64,000 nt of DNA from Deltaproteobacteria bacterium (GTDB lineage Bacteria; Desulfobacterota; Desulfobaccia; Desulfobaccales; 0-14-0-80-60-11), in the NCBI GenBank assembly GCA_016874975.1, contig VGSQ01000001.1:3474-67473 (forward strand), given 5' to 3'. The notes under the pieces were generated by a model, which was given only the letters and a program-made list of their open reading frames with translations, was not told where the DNA came from and did no database searches. Each line of letters opens with the position of its first letter. The stretch's first letter is position 1. The position numbers and the translations under genes are program-made. Shown here piece after piece: positions 45,338 to 55,450 of the stretch.

Positions 45338-45633
45338 AGCGCTCCCTCCTTTTTAAGCTTTCGGCCACAAAAAAAATGCCGCCGTGCAGTTTCCCCCCTG
45401 TCGGGGGCGAGATCCCCTGGGGAAAGACATAAGCCTGAGATCTTGGAGACGCCAGGTAAAAATGCGCGTCGTTCTTCCCGATGCCCAATTATACCAGGGA
45501 AATTGAAAAAATCAGGTGGAAAGAGAAAGGGGTGGAGAGTTTGAAGGGAGGGAGGGGAAACGAGGTTCCCCCGGCCCTCCCCTCAGAAAGCGCCGTATCG
45601 TGATGTTCCGGTGAGCCTGAGGCTCAGGAACGG

Positions 45634-47814
45634 CTAGTCCGCCAGGGCGGCCAGGAGATGCCAGCGCGGCTTGAGGTCCTGGCCCAGGATGATCCTGATG
45701 TCCGTGTCGTCCGGGAGGTTGTCCCGCGCCCTTAACTCGGCGTGGGGGAAGAAGCGCTGGAGCAGCGCCTGGGCCACCTTGTCGGCGCCGGGACGGTGGG
45801 CGATCAACGTCTGTTGATGGCCGAAGTCGATGTGGTTGGCGATGGCCACCACATTGAAGCCCTCTTTGGACAGCAGGGTCCGGCTTTTCCGGGCCACCTC
45901 GGGGATGCCGTTGCCGTTGCGCAGTTCAATCCTGGTGGACAGGAGTTCTTCCGCAGTCAGGCGGATGTTCGGGATGAAAGCGGGGCGTTCCGGTTTGGGC
46001 GGGAGGGCCGCGGCCGCCACTGCCACCCGGGCCTTGTCAAAGGGCGCCCCAGCCTCAGCCGGAGCCGCAACGGCAGGCGGAGCCGCCGGACGGCGGGCGC
46101 CGGCCCACAGGGTCTCGGGTTTGCGGTGGCTGCGCCCCAGAATCACCTGGAGGTCCACCCCTTCCGCCAGGTCGCCGGTCATCTCCACCGCAGCCGGGAG
46201 ACCGAAGTTGTCGGCCAGCTTCCGGGCGGCGTCCTCGGCGGCCGGCCGGTAGAGAATCACGGTCCGGCGGAGATTGAATTTCCACCAGTTGCCCACCTGC
46301 ACCACCTGGTAGCCCTGTCCTTCCAGCCATGTTGCCGTCTTCCGGGCCAGGCGCCGGACGCCGTTGCCGTTCAGGATTTCGATGCGGGCTGCCATCCCGG
46401 AGGCTGGCGGGGGGGCGACGGTCGGCAGCGCCTTGGCCGCCGCGACCGGAGGCGGAGAGGCGGGCGCCTGAGCCGCCTTCACTGCGGCGGGACGGGAGGG
46501 GCCGCGGCTGACCTTCGCCAGGGTTATTGCCGCACCACCCCCCGCAAAGGTTGGCCTGGCCTTGGCCACCGGCCGAACTCCGGCTTCAGGCGGCCGGGCG
46601 GGTCCGGTCTGGGCCGTTGCGGTGGGGCGGGGCTTGGCCGGGGCCGGCGCACTCGCCTGGGGGGCCGACGGGGCCGGGCTAAAGACGACTCGTTCCATCT
46701 TCTCTACCAGGGCCGCAGAGGGTGGCGCCGGGATGGCGGGAGGCGCGGCCCTCGGGACGGCCGGCGGGGGAGCCGGAGCCTTGGCGACCAGCGCCACCGA
46801 AGCCTTGCCCGGTTCCCCGGCAGCAGAAGCCGCCACCCGAGGCTGAGCGGCAGGCGCAGCCGGAACCTTGGCTGGCAGCGGAGCCGCACCCTTGACTGTT
46901 TCGCGGGCCACCGGCGCCGCGGGTGCGGCAGGCGAGGCCGCGGGCCGGGCGATTATCGAAGCCGAAGCCTTGCCCAATTCCCAGGCATTAGGAGCCGGGG
47001 CCGGAGGCGGGGCCGCGCCCGCCCGAGACGGGGCCCCAAGGGCCGCCTGTTCCAGTAGGGGCGATCCCGACTTCACCGGGGTCTGGGCGGGCCCTGCCGG
47101 GGCCGAAGCGACGGGCGGGCTCGCGGCCGGGGGCTTGGCCGCAACCGGGGGCTGTTGGCCGGAGACCCGGCCCGGCCTGCCCTGCTCCTGAGCCAGGGCC
47201 GCCAGCACCTGGTTCAGCTTTTCCTGGGCCTTGACGCCCCCTTCCTTTTCCCCCCAGAGAGTGAGCGCCTCTTCCTGCCGGCCCTGCCGGGCCAGAAGCA
47301 GTCCCAGGTTGTTGCGGGCCGTCTCATTGCCGGGCTGGCGGGCCACGGTTTCCCGGAAGCACTGCTCCGCTTCCCGGTGCTTGCCCGCCAGATAATAGGA
47401 GTAACAGAGATTGTTGCTCAGGGGCTGGTTGTCGGGGTCAATCTGCAATCCGGCCCGGTAGAGCTCCTGGGCCCGGGCGAATTCCCCCAGTTCATCGTAG
47501 CAGCGGGCCAGGGCGTCCAGCACCTTGAGGTTGCCGGGGTCCCGCAGGTGCGCCATTTCCAGCTCAATGGCCGCCATCTCCGGACGGCCCATCAGCTGGA
47601 AATAATGGGCGTTTTTGAGCAAACGGCCCACGTCGCCGGAAACCGGTCGCACCATGGCGCCGAACTGGTGGCGCAGGCTCTGCTGGCTGTTGCAGCCACT
47701 GCCCCAAACAAAGAGCACTCCCGCCAGGATGACCAGACCCAGAAATGGAGAAATCCGGCGCCGGCGGTGCGGGCGCCGGATGGCGGCGCCACCCTTGCTT
47801 CTATGACCGTACAT
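45634..47814 (-). CDS. lipoprotein: TPR repeats + ~270-aa Ala/Pro-rich linker + two LytR_C domains
   Basis: 726 aa; 'VLFVWGSGC' lipobox and N-terminal TPRs. 'IEILNGNGVRRLARKTATWLEGQGYQVV' and 'IELRNGNGIPEVARKSRTLLSKEGFNVV' are LytR_C-type modules. Confidence 0.75.
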   Translation of the reverse strand: MYGHRSKGGAAIRRPHRRRRISPFLGLVILAGVLFVWGSGCNSQQSLRHQFGAMVRPVSGDVGRLLKNAHYFQLMGRPEMAAIELEMAHLRDPGNLKVLDALARCYDELGEFARAQELYRAGLQIDPDNQPLSNNLCYSYYLAGKHREAEQCFRETVARQPGNETARNNLGLLLARQGRQEEALTLWGEKEGGVKAQEKLNQVLAALAQEQGRPGRVSGQQPPVAAKPPAASPPVASAPAGPAQTPVKSGSPLLEQAALGAPSRAGAAPPPAPAPNAWELGKASASIIARPAASPAAPAAPVARETVKGAAPLPAKVPAAPAAQPRVAASAAGEPGKASVALVAKAPAPPPAVPRAAPPAIPAPPSAALVEKMERVVFSPAPSAPQASAPAPAKPRPTATAQTGPARPPEAGVRPVAKARPTFAGGGAAITLAKVSRGPSRPAAVKAAQAPASPPPVAAAKALPTVAPPPASGMAARIEILNGNGVRRLARKTATWLEGQGYQVVQVGNWWKFNLRRTVILYRPAAEDAARKLADNFGLPAAVEMTGDLAEGVDLQVILGRSHRKPETLWAGARRPAAPPAVAAPAEAGAPFDKARVAVAAAALPPKPERPAFIPNIRLTAEELLSTRIELRNGNGIPEVARKSRTLLSKEGFNVVAIANHIDFGHQQTLIAHRPGADKVAQALLQRFFPHAELRARDNLPDDTDIRIILGQDLKPRWHLLAALAD

Positions 47815-47840
47815 GGCTCCCCCCCTACGTCATAGAATGC

Positions 47841-48770
47841 TCACTTCGTTAACAGCGTTTTATATATCTGAATGGCGGCCGGCCCCAAGATCACGATAAA
47901 CAGCGATGGAAAGATACAGACCAGGGTGGGAAAAATGATCTTGATGGGCAGCTTGGCGGCCAGTTCCTCAGCCCGTTGGGCCCGCTGCACCCGGACGAAG
48001 TCGGCGTGGGTGCGCAAGGCCTGGGAAATGCTGGCGCCCATGCGTTCCGATTGGACCATCAGGGCCACCAGTGATTTGATGCTGTTCACTCCGGTGCGCT
48101 CCGCCAGATTATTGAGGGCCCGTTCCCGGGAGACGCCGGTGCGCAACTCAGCGTTGGTGATCTGCAACTCCTCGTGCAGTTCCTGGGACACCGGCTTGAT
48201 CTCTTCGGACACCTTGTTCATGGTGGCCTGCAGGGACAATCCGGCTTCGATGGAGATGATCATCAGGTCCAAGACATCGGGCAGGGCGCGGTCCATGCGG
48301 TCCTGACGCCGGCGGGTGGAAAATTTGAGGAGATATGTGGGCAGATAATAGCCGATGCCGGCCAGCAGCAGGGCGACGCTGAGATTGGCGGAGACCTTGA
48401 TTCCCTTGAAAAAGCCGTAAAAAAGATAAGGCAGCGGCAAAATAATCGCGGTCAGGGCCCGGAGGCCGAAAAAGACCACCGGGGCGCCGGGATGCCGGAA
48501 GCCGCCGTGGATCAGTTGAGTGCGGAGGGGGGCCAGGCTCACCGGGTCCCTGATGGTCCACTTGCCCAGGTAGGAGAGGTATTGGAGCGCCTGATTCTTC
48601 AGGGTGCGCGTCGGGTCCTCCCGCTTGAGCACGGAGACCTTGGGGGCCTGGGGTTTTCGGAAGCGGTCCTGAATGGCCTGGCGGTGGCCGAAAAACACCA
48701 TGACCCCGTAAACGAGAAGACAGATGGCCAGGAACGAGGCCAACAGGACCAGAGATTCAGACCCCACCAT
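47841..48770 (-). CDS. tadC: TadC
   Basis: 309 aa; 'LPDVLDLMIISIEAGLSLQATM'. Paralog of 18610-19545. Confidence 0.88.
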   Translation of the reverse strand: MVGSESLVLLASFLAICLLVYGVMVFFGHRQAIQDRFRKPQAPKVSVLKREDPTRTLKNQALQYLSYLGKWTIRDPVSLAPLRTQLIHGGFRHPGAPVVFFGLRALTAIILPLPYLFYGFFKGIKVSANLSVALLLAGIGYYLPTYLLKFSTRRRQDRMDRALPDVLDLMIISIEAGLSLQATMNKVSEEIKPVSQELHEELQITNAELRTGVSRERALNNLAERTGVNSIKSLVALMVQSERMGASISQALRTHADFVRVQRAQRAEELAAKLPIKIIFPTLVCIFPSLFIVILGPAAIQIYKTLLTK

Positions 48771-48779
48771 TTCTCCTCC

Positions 48780-49769
48780 TCAGACCTTGATTTTGATCAG
48801 ACGCTGCATCCACAGGTAGCCGGTAAGGATGCCCAGACCTCCTGCGGCCAGCATCTTGGCGCCGACAGGTTCCTCAAAAAAAGGCTGCACATATTTGGGA
48901 TTGAGGTAGAGCAGGACGACAAAGAGGCCCACCGGCAAGAGGCTGAGGATGAGGGCCGAGAACCGCCCCTCCGCGGTGATGGCTTTGATCTTGCCCTTGA
49001 GCTTGAGCCGCTCCCGGATCAGGTAGCCGATGTTTTCCATGACTTCGGCCAGGTTGCCGCCGGTTTCCGCCTGCAGGGTGACGGCGGTGATGAAATACTG
49101 CAGGTCCTGGCTGTCCACCCGCTCTCCCATGCGTTGGAGGGCGTTTTGCAGGCTCAACCCCAGGCGCTGCTCCTCATAGACCACCTTCATTTCCGTGCCC
49201 AGGGGGGCGGCGATCTCCCGGCTCCCCAGGTCGATGGCCGAAGGCAGGGTGTGGCCGGCCCGCAGTGACCGGGCCAACAGCTCCATGCCCTCAGGCATCT
49301 GCGTTTCGAACTTTTTGGTCTTCTGGTTTCTTTTCAGGTTGAGGTAGAAGACCGGAGCCCATCCCAGGGCCGCGGCCAGGACCAACCCCACCAGCAGCTT
49401 GTCCCGCAGCAGCCCCGCCATGAGCCCCACGGAGGCCAGGATGCCGCAGACGCTCAGGAAGGTGGCCGGGGTCCAGAAGATATCCGCTTGCAGCAGCTTC
49501 CGCCGCAGGTTTTCGATCTTACCCCACCCCACCAGGCGTTCCACAAAGAGCAGCACCACACTCTTGTCGGCCTGGACCACAGCCTTGAGGATCTGCACCC
49601 GCTGCACCCGGGCCCGATGGCCCAGGAGACGCCGGTTCAGGTCCCGCTTCCAGAGGAGGGGCCGCAACACCAGGTGGAAGAGCCCCGAGGCCAAAAGAAA
49701 AATGCCCACAAAGACGGCGACCAATGCCAGGGCGTATTCGCTGTTGGTGTTGAGTTTGAGAAAACCCAT
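48780..49769 (-). CDS. tadB: TadB
   Basis: Start moved to ATG 49769 (MGFLKLNTNSEYALALV...), 13 nt after the cpaF stop and colinear with the TadB1 N-terminus. 'MPEGMELLARSLRAGHTLPSAID'. Confidence 0.86.
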   Translation of the reverse strand: MGFLKLNTNSEYALALVAVFVGIFLLASGLFHLVLRPLLWKRDLNRRLLGHRARVQRVQILKAVVQADKSVVLLFVERLVGWGKIENLRRKLLQADIFWTPATFLSVCGILASVGLMAGLLRDKLLVGLVLAAALGWAPVFYLNLKRNQKTKKFETQMPEGMELLARSLRAGHTLPSAIDLGSREIAAPLGTEMKVVYEEQRLGLSLQNALQRMGERVDSQDLQYFITAVTLQAETGGNLAEVMENIGYLIRERLKLKGKIKAITAEGRFSALILSLLPVGLFVVLLYLNPKYVQPFFEEPVGAKMLAAGGLGILTGYLWMQRLIKIKV

Positions 49770-49782
49770 GCCTGTGCCTCGC

Positions 49783-51189
49783 TCAATTGTGGGCGAATTT
49801 GAAACCATAGGCCCGGCTGGGGCCTTCGAAAACCTCGTCCCGGATGGGCACCCCGAAGAGCTTGCAGCGGTCGGCGAAGCGGGGCCTCACCCCCGTCGCC
49901 ATGAACCGGCCCAGCACCTTTTCCTGTTGGTCCACTTCGTGGCGCTCGAACACAAAGATGTCCTGGAGGCTGATGACCCCGCTCTCCATCCCGGTTATTT
50001 CGGAGAAGGAAACCAAGCGGCGGACGCCGTCGGTGTGACGGGCCAACTGGATAATGACGTCCAGAGAGGAGCTGATCATCTGGCGCATGGCCTTTTCGCT
50101 GACGCTGATGCCGGAGAGCTGGATCATGGTCTCCAGGCGCAACAAAGCCTCCCGGGCATTGTTGGCGTGCACGGTGGTCATGGAGCCTTCATGCCCGGTA
50201 TTCATGGCCTGGAACATGTCGATAACTTCGGCCCCCCGCACCTCGCCCACAATGATACGGTCCGGGCGCATGCGCAGGGTGTTGCGCACCAACTCCCGCT
50301 GGGAGACTTCACCTTTGCCTTCGATGTTGGCCGGCCGGGTCTCCAGGCGGCAGACATGCTCCTGCTGGAGCTGCAGCTCGGCGGAGTCCTCAATGGTGAC
50401 GATGCGCTCATTGTTGGGAATGAAACCGGAGAGGATGTTCAGCAGGGTGGTCTTGCCCGCGCCGGTGCCGCCGGAGATGAGCACGTTGAGCTTGGCCACG
50501 GCGATGGCTTGCAGCACTTCGCCGATCTCCGGCGTCAGGGAACCCTTCTGGATGAGGTCCTCCAGACTGGGCCGCTGCACCGAAAAGCGCCGGATGGACA
50601 GCATGGGGCCGTCCAGGGCCAGGGGCGGGATGATGGCGTTGACCCGGGAGCCGTCCGGCAGCCGGGCGTCCACCATGGGGTTGGACTCGTCGATGCGGCG
50701 CCCCACGTTGGCCACGATCTTGCCGATAATTTTGAGGAGGTGATTGTTGTCCTGAAAGCGGATGTGGATGCGCTCCAGCTTGCCGCCGCGCTCCAAGTAG
50801 ACCTGGTCCCAGCGGTTGACCAGGATGTCGGAGATGCTGTGGTCCTTGAGAAGCGGCTCCAGGGGGCCCAGGCCCAGGATTTCGAATTCCAGTTCCTGAG
50901 CCAGCCGCGCCTTTTCCTGGGTGTTGAGGGGTTCCGTCTCCTCTTCCATGAGCTGGGTCAGGGCCTCCCGGATTTCCCGGGCCACCAGGCTCTCTTCCAG
51001 AGACTCCAGCTTTCCCAGGTCCAACTGTTCCAGGAGTTGCTGATGCACCCGGGTCTTGACCGCGTTGAGCCGGGCCTCCCGGCCTGCGTCCACCCGCACC
51101 GGGGCTAGGACGGCGTAAGAGGGCTCCGGTTCTTTTTCTTTGGGTTTGGCATCTGGCGCCATCTTCTTGTTGTAGCGGAGGAAGGCCAT
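49783..51189 (-). CDS. cpaF: CpaF/TadA secretion ATPase
   Basis: 468 aa; '[12 protein letters not shown]', '[11 protein letters not shown]', '[12 protein letters not shown]'. Confidence 0.97.
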   Translation of the reverse strand: MAFLRYNKKMAPDAKPKEKEPEPSYAVLAPVRVDAGREARLNAVKTRVHQQLLEQLDLGKLESLEESLVAREIREALTQLMEEETEPLNTQEKARLAQELEFEILGLGPLEPLLKDHSISDILVNRWDQVYLERGGKLERIHIRFQDNNHLLKIIGKIVANVGRRIDESNPMVDARLPDGSRVNAIIPPLALDGPMLSIRRFSVQRPSLEDLIQKGSLTPEIGEVLQAIAVAKLNVLISGGTGAGKTTLLNILSGFIPNNERIVTIEDSAELQLQQEHVCRLETRPANIEGKGEVSQRELVRNTLRMRPDRIIVGEVRGAEVIDMFQAMNTGHEGSMTTVHANNAREALLRLETMIQLSGISVSEKAMRQMISSSLDVIIQLARHTDGVRRLVSFSEITGMESGVISLQDIFVFERHEVDQQEKVLGRFMATGVRPRFADRCKLFGVPIRDEVFEGPSRAYGFKFAHN

Positions 51190-52395
51190 TTATTTCCCCT
51201 TCCCCAGCCCCAGGAATTGACGCCAGGAGCGGCCGGCCGCCTTGCCTTCCTCCACCTCACCCAGGATTTCCCGGCTTAACAGCCGGCTCATCTCCTGGAT
51301 GCCGGTCCACAGCTTGGAGCGGGGCGCCACCCGTCCCAGGGGCACACCCCGGTTGATGGCTTCAATGAGAGGCTCATAGTCGCTGGGAAGCAGATGAAAC
51401 ACCTTGGCCCTGACCAGCTTTTCCAGGTTGCTCACCCGCACGCTGTTGCCTTTGTAGTGGCGGTTCACCACCAGGTGAATCTTGTTGGCGATCTCCGGCC
51501 ACTCCCGCAGGGTGGGCCACAGGTTGCCCAGGTTGCGCAGGTCCGGCACGGTGAGCTCGGTAAGCAGCAGCGTGGCGTCGGCCTCCCGCAGGACGTGGAG
51601 AAAGAGTTCATCCAGCCAGTGGCTCAGGTCCACCACAATCCAGGGGTAGAGGCCGCGCAGCAAGGAAAAAATCTTGTCCAGCGCGGTCAGGTCCAGGCTG
51701 TCCTGAAGGTGAAAGTCGGTGATGCCGTGGAGCACGGCCAGATTGTCGTCCCCCTTCTGCACGATCTTGCGCATGAAGTCCCGGTCCAGTTCGGACAGGT
51801 TCTTCACCAGATCGTGGATGGAATAGGGGGACTCCCGGTCCAAAAAGTTGCAGATGTCGGGAAAAGGGCGGCCCAGGTCCATCAGCACCACGGTCTCCCC
51901 GTGGAGTTCGGCCAGGGCCGCGCCCAGGTTGAGGGCCAGGCTGGTGACCCCGGCGCCTCCCTTGTGGGCCGTCACCACCACCAATTTGCCCCGGGTGACC
52001 AACACCGGCTGCAAACGGCGGCGGGTGGTGCGCACCCGTTCCAGGGCGGCTTCCAGCTCCTCCCGGGCCAGGGGCAGGGGCAGGAATTCCCGCACCCCCG
52101 CCTGCATGGCCTTGATGATGAAGTCGGGCTCCCGGGTCCCGGAGCACACCAACACCGCGGTCTGGGGAAGTTTCTGGGTCAGCTCCGTAAGCCAGGGAGG
52201 CAGAATCTGCTCCCCATCCAGGTAGACCAGGACGGAATCCGGCGCTGAGACCGGTTCGCCGGCCAGCAATTGCTCGGGATGGGCGGCTTCGGTCACCACC
52301 TCCACCTGGGGCAGGTCTTTGAGAAAGGCCGGCAGCAGCGGCTGCTCCTGGCCTGTCCCGTAAAGCACCGAAACCTTAAGCGACTCGGTCGTCAT
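51190..52395 (-). CDS. cpaE: CpaE/TadZ-like ATPase
   Basis: 401 aa; receiver-like N-domain and 'VVVTAHKGGAGVTSLALNLGAA'. Confidence 0.85.
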   Translation of the reverse strand: MTTESLKVSVLYGTGQEQPLLPAFLKDLPQVEVVTEAAHPEQLLAGEPVSAPDSVLVYLDGEQILPPWLTELTQKLPQTAVLVCSGTREPDFIIKAMQAGVREFLPLPLAREELEAALERVRTTRRRLQPVLVTRGKLVVVTAHKGGAGVTSLALNLGAALAELHGETVVLMDLGRPFPDICNFLDRESPYSIHDLVKNLSELDRDFMRKIVQKGDDNLAVLHGITDFHLQDSLDLTALDKIFSLLRGLYPWIVVDLSHWLDELFLHVLREADATLLLTELTVPDLRNLGNLWPTLREWPEIANKIHLVVNRHYKGNSVRVSNLEKLVRAKVFHLLPSDYEPLIEAINRGVPLGRVAPRSKLWTGIQEMSRLLSREILGEVEEGKAAGRSWRQFLGLGKGK

Positions 52396-52437
52396 GCGTC
52401 CAGATACCCCCTTCCCTCGTCTCTGCCGACCGACCGG

Positions 52438-52734
52438 TTATTGGTCGGTGGTGAGTTTGAGGGTGGTGCCTCTCCTCTCCTGGGGCGAAAAACTCTTGTC
52501 GTAAGCATCCATCGTATTGGTGGCCGCTCTGGGAGGCTGGCCCGTGCTGACCTCCACCTGCAAGGCGGCCCGGGGGTTGACGATCTGGCGGGCCTTGTTG
52601 TTAGTCACCGAAAACCCATAGTCATTCTCCAGGGCCGAGGGAGGATTGGCGCAGCCCATTACCAGGCTCAGAATCAATCCCGCCGCCATCAGACCGGAGA
52701 TGGCCGCCCTGCTCCTGCGCATAATCCGTTTCAT
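52438..52734 (-). CDS. small lipoprotein (position of RcpB/CpaD-type accessory protein)
   Basis: 98 aa; 'GLILSLVMGC' lipobox. No recognisable domain. Confidence 0.55.
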   Translation of the reverse strand: MKRIMRRSRAAISGLMAAGLILSLVMGCANPPSALENDYGFSVTNNKARQIVNPRAALQVEVSTGQPPRAATNTMDAYDKSFSPQERRGTTLKLTTDQ

Positions 52735-52749
52735 GCCGCACCTCCCCTC

Positions 52750-54231
52750 TCATTCCACCGGCCGGTGTCCGAACGCCGGCGGTAGTTGGACTTCAGGCCG
52801 TGGTCTGGCCGATCCGGGCTGCCCTCTCCCCTGGTCCAGCCCCAACAGATAAAACTCCACGTTGTCGGGCTCGACATACTTGTCGGTGGGGAGGCGGACC
52901 GCGGAGGCGGCAACGGGTTTCACCAGGTAGGGCGTCACCAGCACCACCAGTTCGGTTTCCGATTTCTGGAATTGGCTGGAACGGAACAACGTCCCCAGCA
53001 CGGGAAGGTTCCCCAGCACCGGAAATTTGTTGATAACGGTGCGGTGCTGGTCGCTGAGCAGGCCGGCGATGGCGAAAGTCTGGCCGTCCTGCATCTCCAC
53101 GTGGGTGGACAAGCGGCGCACCGACAGGCCCGGCACCACGAAGCCCTGGGTGACCAGGGTCTGGCCCTGGGTGAAGTCCAGTTGTGACACTTCCGGGGCC
53201 ACCCGCAGGGCGATCTTGCCGCCGTCCAGGACGGTGGGCGTCACCACCAGGCCTACGCCGAACTTTTTGTATTCAATGGTGACGGTCTGAAACTGCTGCG
53301 GCACCGGGATGGGGAACTCGCCGCCGGCCAGGAAAGAGGCCTCCTGGCCGCTGGTGGTCACCAGGTTGGGCTCCGCCAGGATGCGCCCCAGGCCGTTCTG
53401 CTTGAGGATGTCGAAAAACATGGTCCACAGCCAGGTCCCCGTCCTGAAGCCGGCCAGGGCGTTGATGTTGGGACCGATGCTCTGGGTCAGGGTGGTGCCG
53501 GTGAAGGACCGCACGAATTCGGTGACGCTGGTCAGGCTGGCCAACTGGCTGACGCCGAAGCTCTGACCGGTGCGGTCGATGGCGATGAAGTTGATGCCGA
53601 TGCGGTTCAACACGCTGCGGTTGATCTCCGCCAGCCGCACCTCCACCATCACCTGCTGCACCCCCCCGATGTTGAGCAGATTGATGACCTTATCCTTTTT
53701 ATTGCCCACGAAAGGCAGCGCCAGAGCCACCGCGGTCTGCTGGGCGATGGGCCCCGACACCTCGCCGCTCAGCACCACCGAGTCGTCCGCGGCCTGGACC
53801 GCGATCTTCTCCTTGGGCAGCACCTGGGCCAGCTTCTCCTTCAGCATGGTGACGTCGGCTTCCACCGTCACCCGGGCCGAGGTGAAGCGGGTCTTGCCCC
53901 ACAGGCTCAGATTGGTGACGCCCGGGGCGATGCCGTTGATGTAGATTTCCCGTTCTGACGTAAGAATGATGTCGGCCACCTCGGGGTTGGCCACCGAGAC
54001 CCGGGTCAGGGCGAAGGGGGTGCGCAGCACCTTGGACTGCCCCACCCGGAGGCTGAGGGTTTGTTGGATCTCCTGGTCCCGGATTCGGCCCAGGGGACCG
54101 GCCGCCCAGGTCGGCGTCACCAGGGCCGCCAACAGCAGGGCCAGCCCCAGGCCCGCCAGCCGGCGACGCCAGGCCGAGGGTATGGAAGGTAGGTCCCTCC
54201 CTTGTACCATTTTTCTCCTTATCACCATCAT
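52750..54231 (-). CDS. cpaC: CpaC/RcpA secretin
   Basis: 'FPVLGNLPVLGTLFRSSQFQKSETELVVLVTPYLV' secretin C-domain signature; N-terminal signal peptide and BON-like region. ATG 54231 has the best GGAGG spacing (the track uses TTG 54237). Confidence 0.93.
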   Translation of the reverse strand: MMVIRRKMVQGRDLPSIPSAWRRRLAGLGLALLLAALVTPTWAAGPLGRIRDQEIQQTLSLRVGQSKVLRTPFALTRVSVANPEVADIILTSEREIYINGIAPGVTNLSLWGKTRFTSARVTVEADVTMLKEKLAQVLPKEKIAVQAADDSVVLSGEVSGPIAQQTAVALALPFVGNKKDKVINLLNIGGVQQVMVEVRLAEINRSVLNRIGINFIAIDRTGQSFGVSQLASLTSVTEFVRSFTGTTLTQSIGPNINALAGFRTGTWLWTMFFDILKQNGLGRILAEPNLVTTSGQEASFLAGGEFPIPVPQQFQTVTIEYKKFGVGLVVTPTVLDGGKIALRVAPEVSQLDFTQGQTLVTQGFVVPGLSVRRLSTHVEMQDGQTFAIAGLLSDQHRTVINKFPVLGNLPVLGTLFRSSQFQKSETELVVLVTPYLVKPVAASAVRLPTDKYVEPDNVEFYLLGLDQGRGQPGSARPRPEVQLPPAFGHRPVE

Positions 54232-54441
54232 ATCCAATTCCTCCCCAGTTCCCCTTTAACACCCTTCTGGGGAAGATGTCAATGAAATTCTTTTATCTAC
54301 GATTAAAGAAACTTTCATAATTTTTTCTTGGCACAACAATAGAGCCCTGTACAGACATGGGTGCTTTAGAAAGATGATCGGGGCGCCTCTTGAAAATTCC
54401 TTGTCATTGTTAACTCGTGTTCATCCGGAAAGTCGTTTTGT

Positions 54442-54555
54442 TCCCTCCCCCTTGATGGGGGAGGGTTAGGGTGGGGGTGAAATAAGTTAGCAATACAGAC
54501 CAGTTGCCCTATTGATCCCCCTCCCCCCAACCCCCTCCCACCAAGGGAGGGGGAG
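54442..54555. repeat. G-run/C-run hairpin element, copy C (uninterrupted)
   Basis: tccctcccccttgatgggggagggttagggtgggggtg-N37-ccccctccccccaaccccctcccaccaagggaggggg. Lies between cpaB and cpaC of locus 2. Confidence 0.85.
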
Positions 54556-54625
54556 TTTCCGGATGAGGACTAACTCAACGTGGCGATGTGCAAAACCGCC
54601 GGTCTGTTCTCCAGTAATTCCTTTG

Positions 54626-55447
54626 CTAAATCTCCGCTTCCTGGCGCTTGAGGCCCTTGATCAGTTCCACGGCGCGGCGCTCCTTGGCAGTGGCCGCCGG
54701 TTTGGCGGGCGCCTCCTCCTTGACCGCGGCGGCCGCGGCCCGACCCCGAAAAAGATGCGAAGTCATAACACCGGCCGTGACATAAAGCTCCGGAGACAAC
54801 TGGTTGCGCAACGCCAAGCGGATCTTCCCCTGGAAGCTGGCCAGGTTCAGAACCTCGGCCTGCTCGGGGGTGACCTCCAACGTCACCGTGGTCACCACCT
54901 GGGGTTTCTTTTCCCCCAACTGGTCGGTGGTCTGTCCCTTGCTCAGCACCCGCAGGCTTTGCAGAATGATCTTGGAGAAATGCTCCCCGCCGCCGCTGGG
55001 CGAGGGCAGCTCCGCCAGCACGTCCACCAGGTCGCCCGGATGAAGGAACCCGGCCACTCCGGAGACCTCGTCGATGCGCACCGTCAGGGCCAGCAGGCCT
55101 GGCTTGAGGAGGCCCCCCAGACCCGCGGCGGTGCCCTCCGGGGCCAGCTTCGTGCTGAGCAGCGGCTCACCCTTGCTCACGTGGGTCTGCACCACCCGCC
55201 CCTCCAACCGGTCCAGGCTGCGGATGGCGTTGGCGGGTATCAGCTCCCGGGGCCAGGTGGCCAGGGAGATCAGGCGGCCGGTGACCGCCGTGCCCGGTTC
55301 CATCTCCGCGGTGGCCACCACTACCTGATCCGAGGGCTTGACCACGGAAACGGTCTTGGTGGTGATGTAACGGTGGATCAGGGCGGTGGCCACCAGGCCC
55401 ACCACCCCCGCCAACACCAGATAGGACGCGCCTTTGGGCAGTTTCAT
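54626..55447 (-). CDS. cpaB: CpaB/RcpC
   Basis: 273 aa; paralog of 13993-14817. Confidence 0.88.
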   Translation of the reverse strand: MKLPKGASYLVLAGVVGLVATALIHRYITTKTVSVVKPSDQVVVATAEMEPGTAVTGRLISLATWPRELIPANAIRSLDRLEGRVVQTHVSKGEPLLSTKLAPEGTAAGLGGLLKPGLLALTVRIDEVSGVAGFLHPGDLVDVLAELPSPSGGGEHFSKIILQSLRVLSKGQTTDQLGEKKPQVVTTVTLEVTPEQAEVLNLASFQGKIRLALRNQLSPELYVTAGVMTSHLFRGRAAAAAVKEEAPAKPAATAKERRAVELIKGLKRQEAEI

Positions 55448-55450
55448 GGC

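Noticed and set aside
46300-47200. Possible tandem DNA repeat under the Ala/Pro-rich region of the TPR/LytR_C gene
   Set aside because: It is low-complexity at the protein level, but I could not find a regular DNA period. I treat it as a compositionally biased linker, not a repeat array.
54329-54334. TGGCAC hexamers on the plus strand (here and at 4916-4921) as sigma-54 promoters
   Set aside because: There is no TTGC at the required 12-nt offset (the sequences read TGGCACAACAATAGAG and TGGCACCTGACACTAT). The first also points away from the nearby genes.
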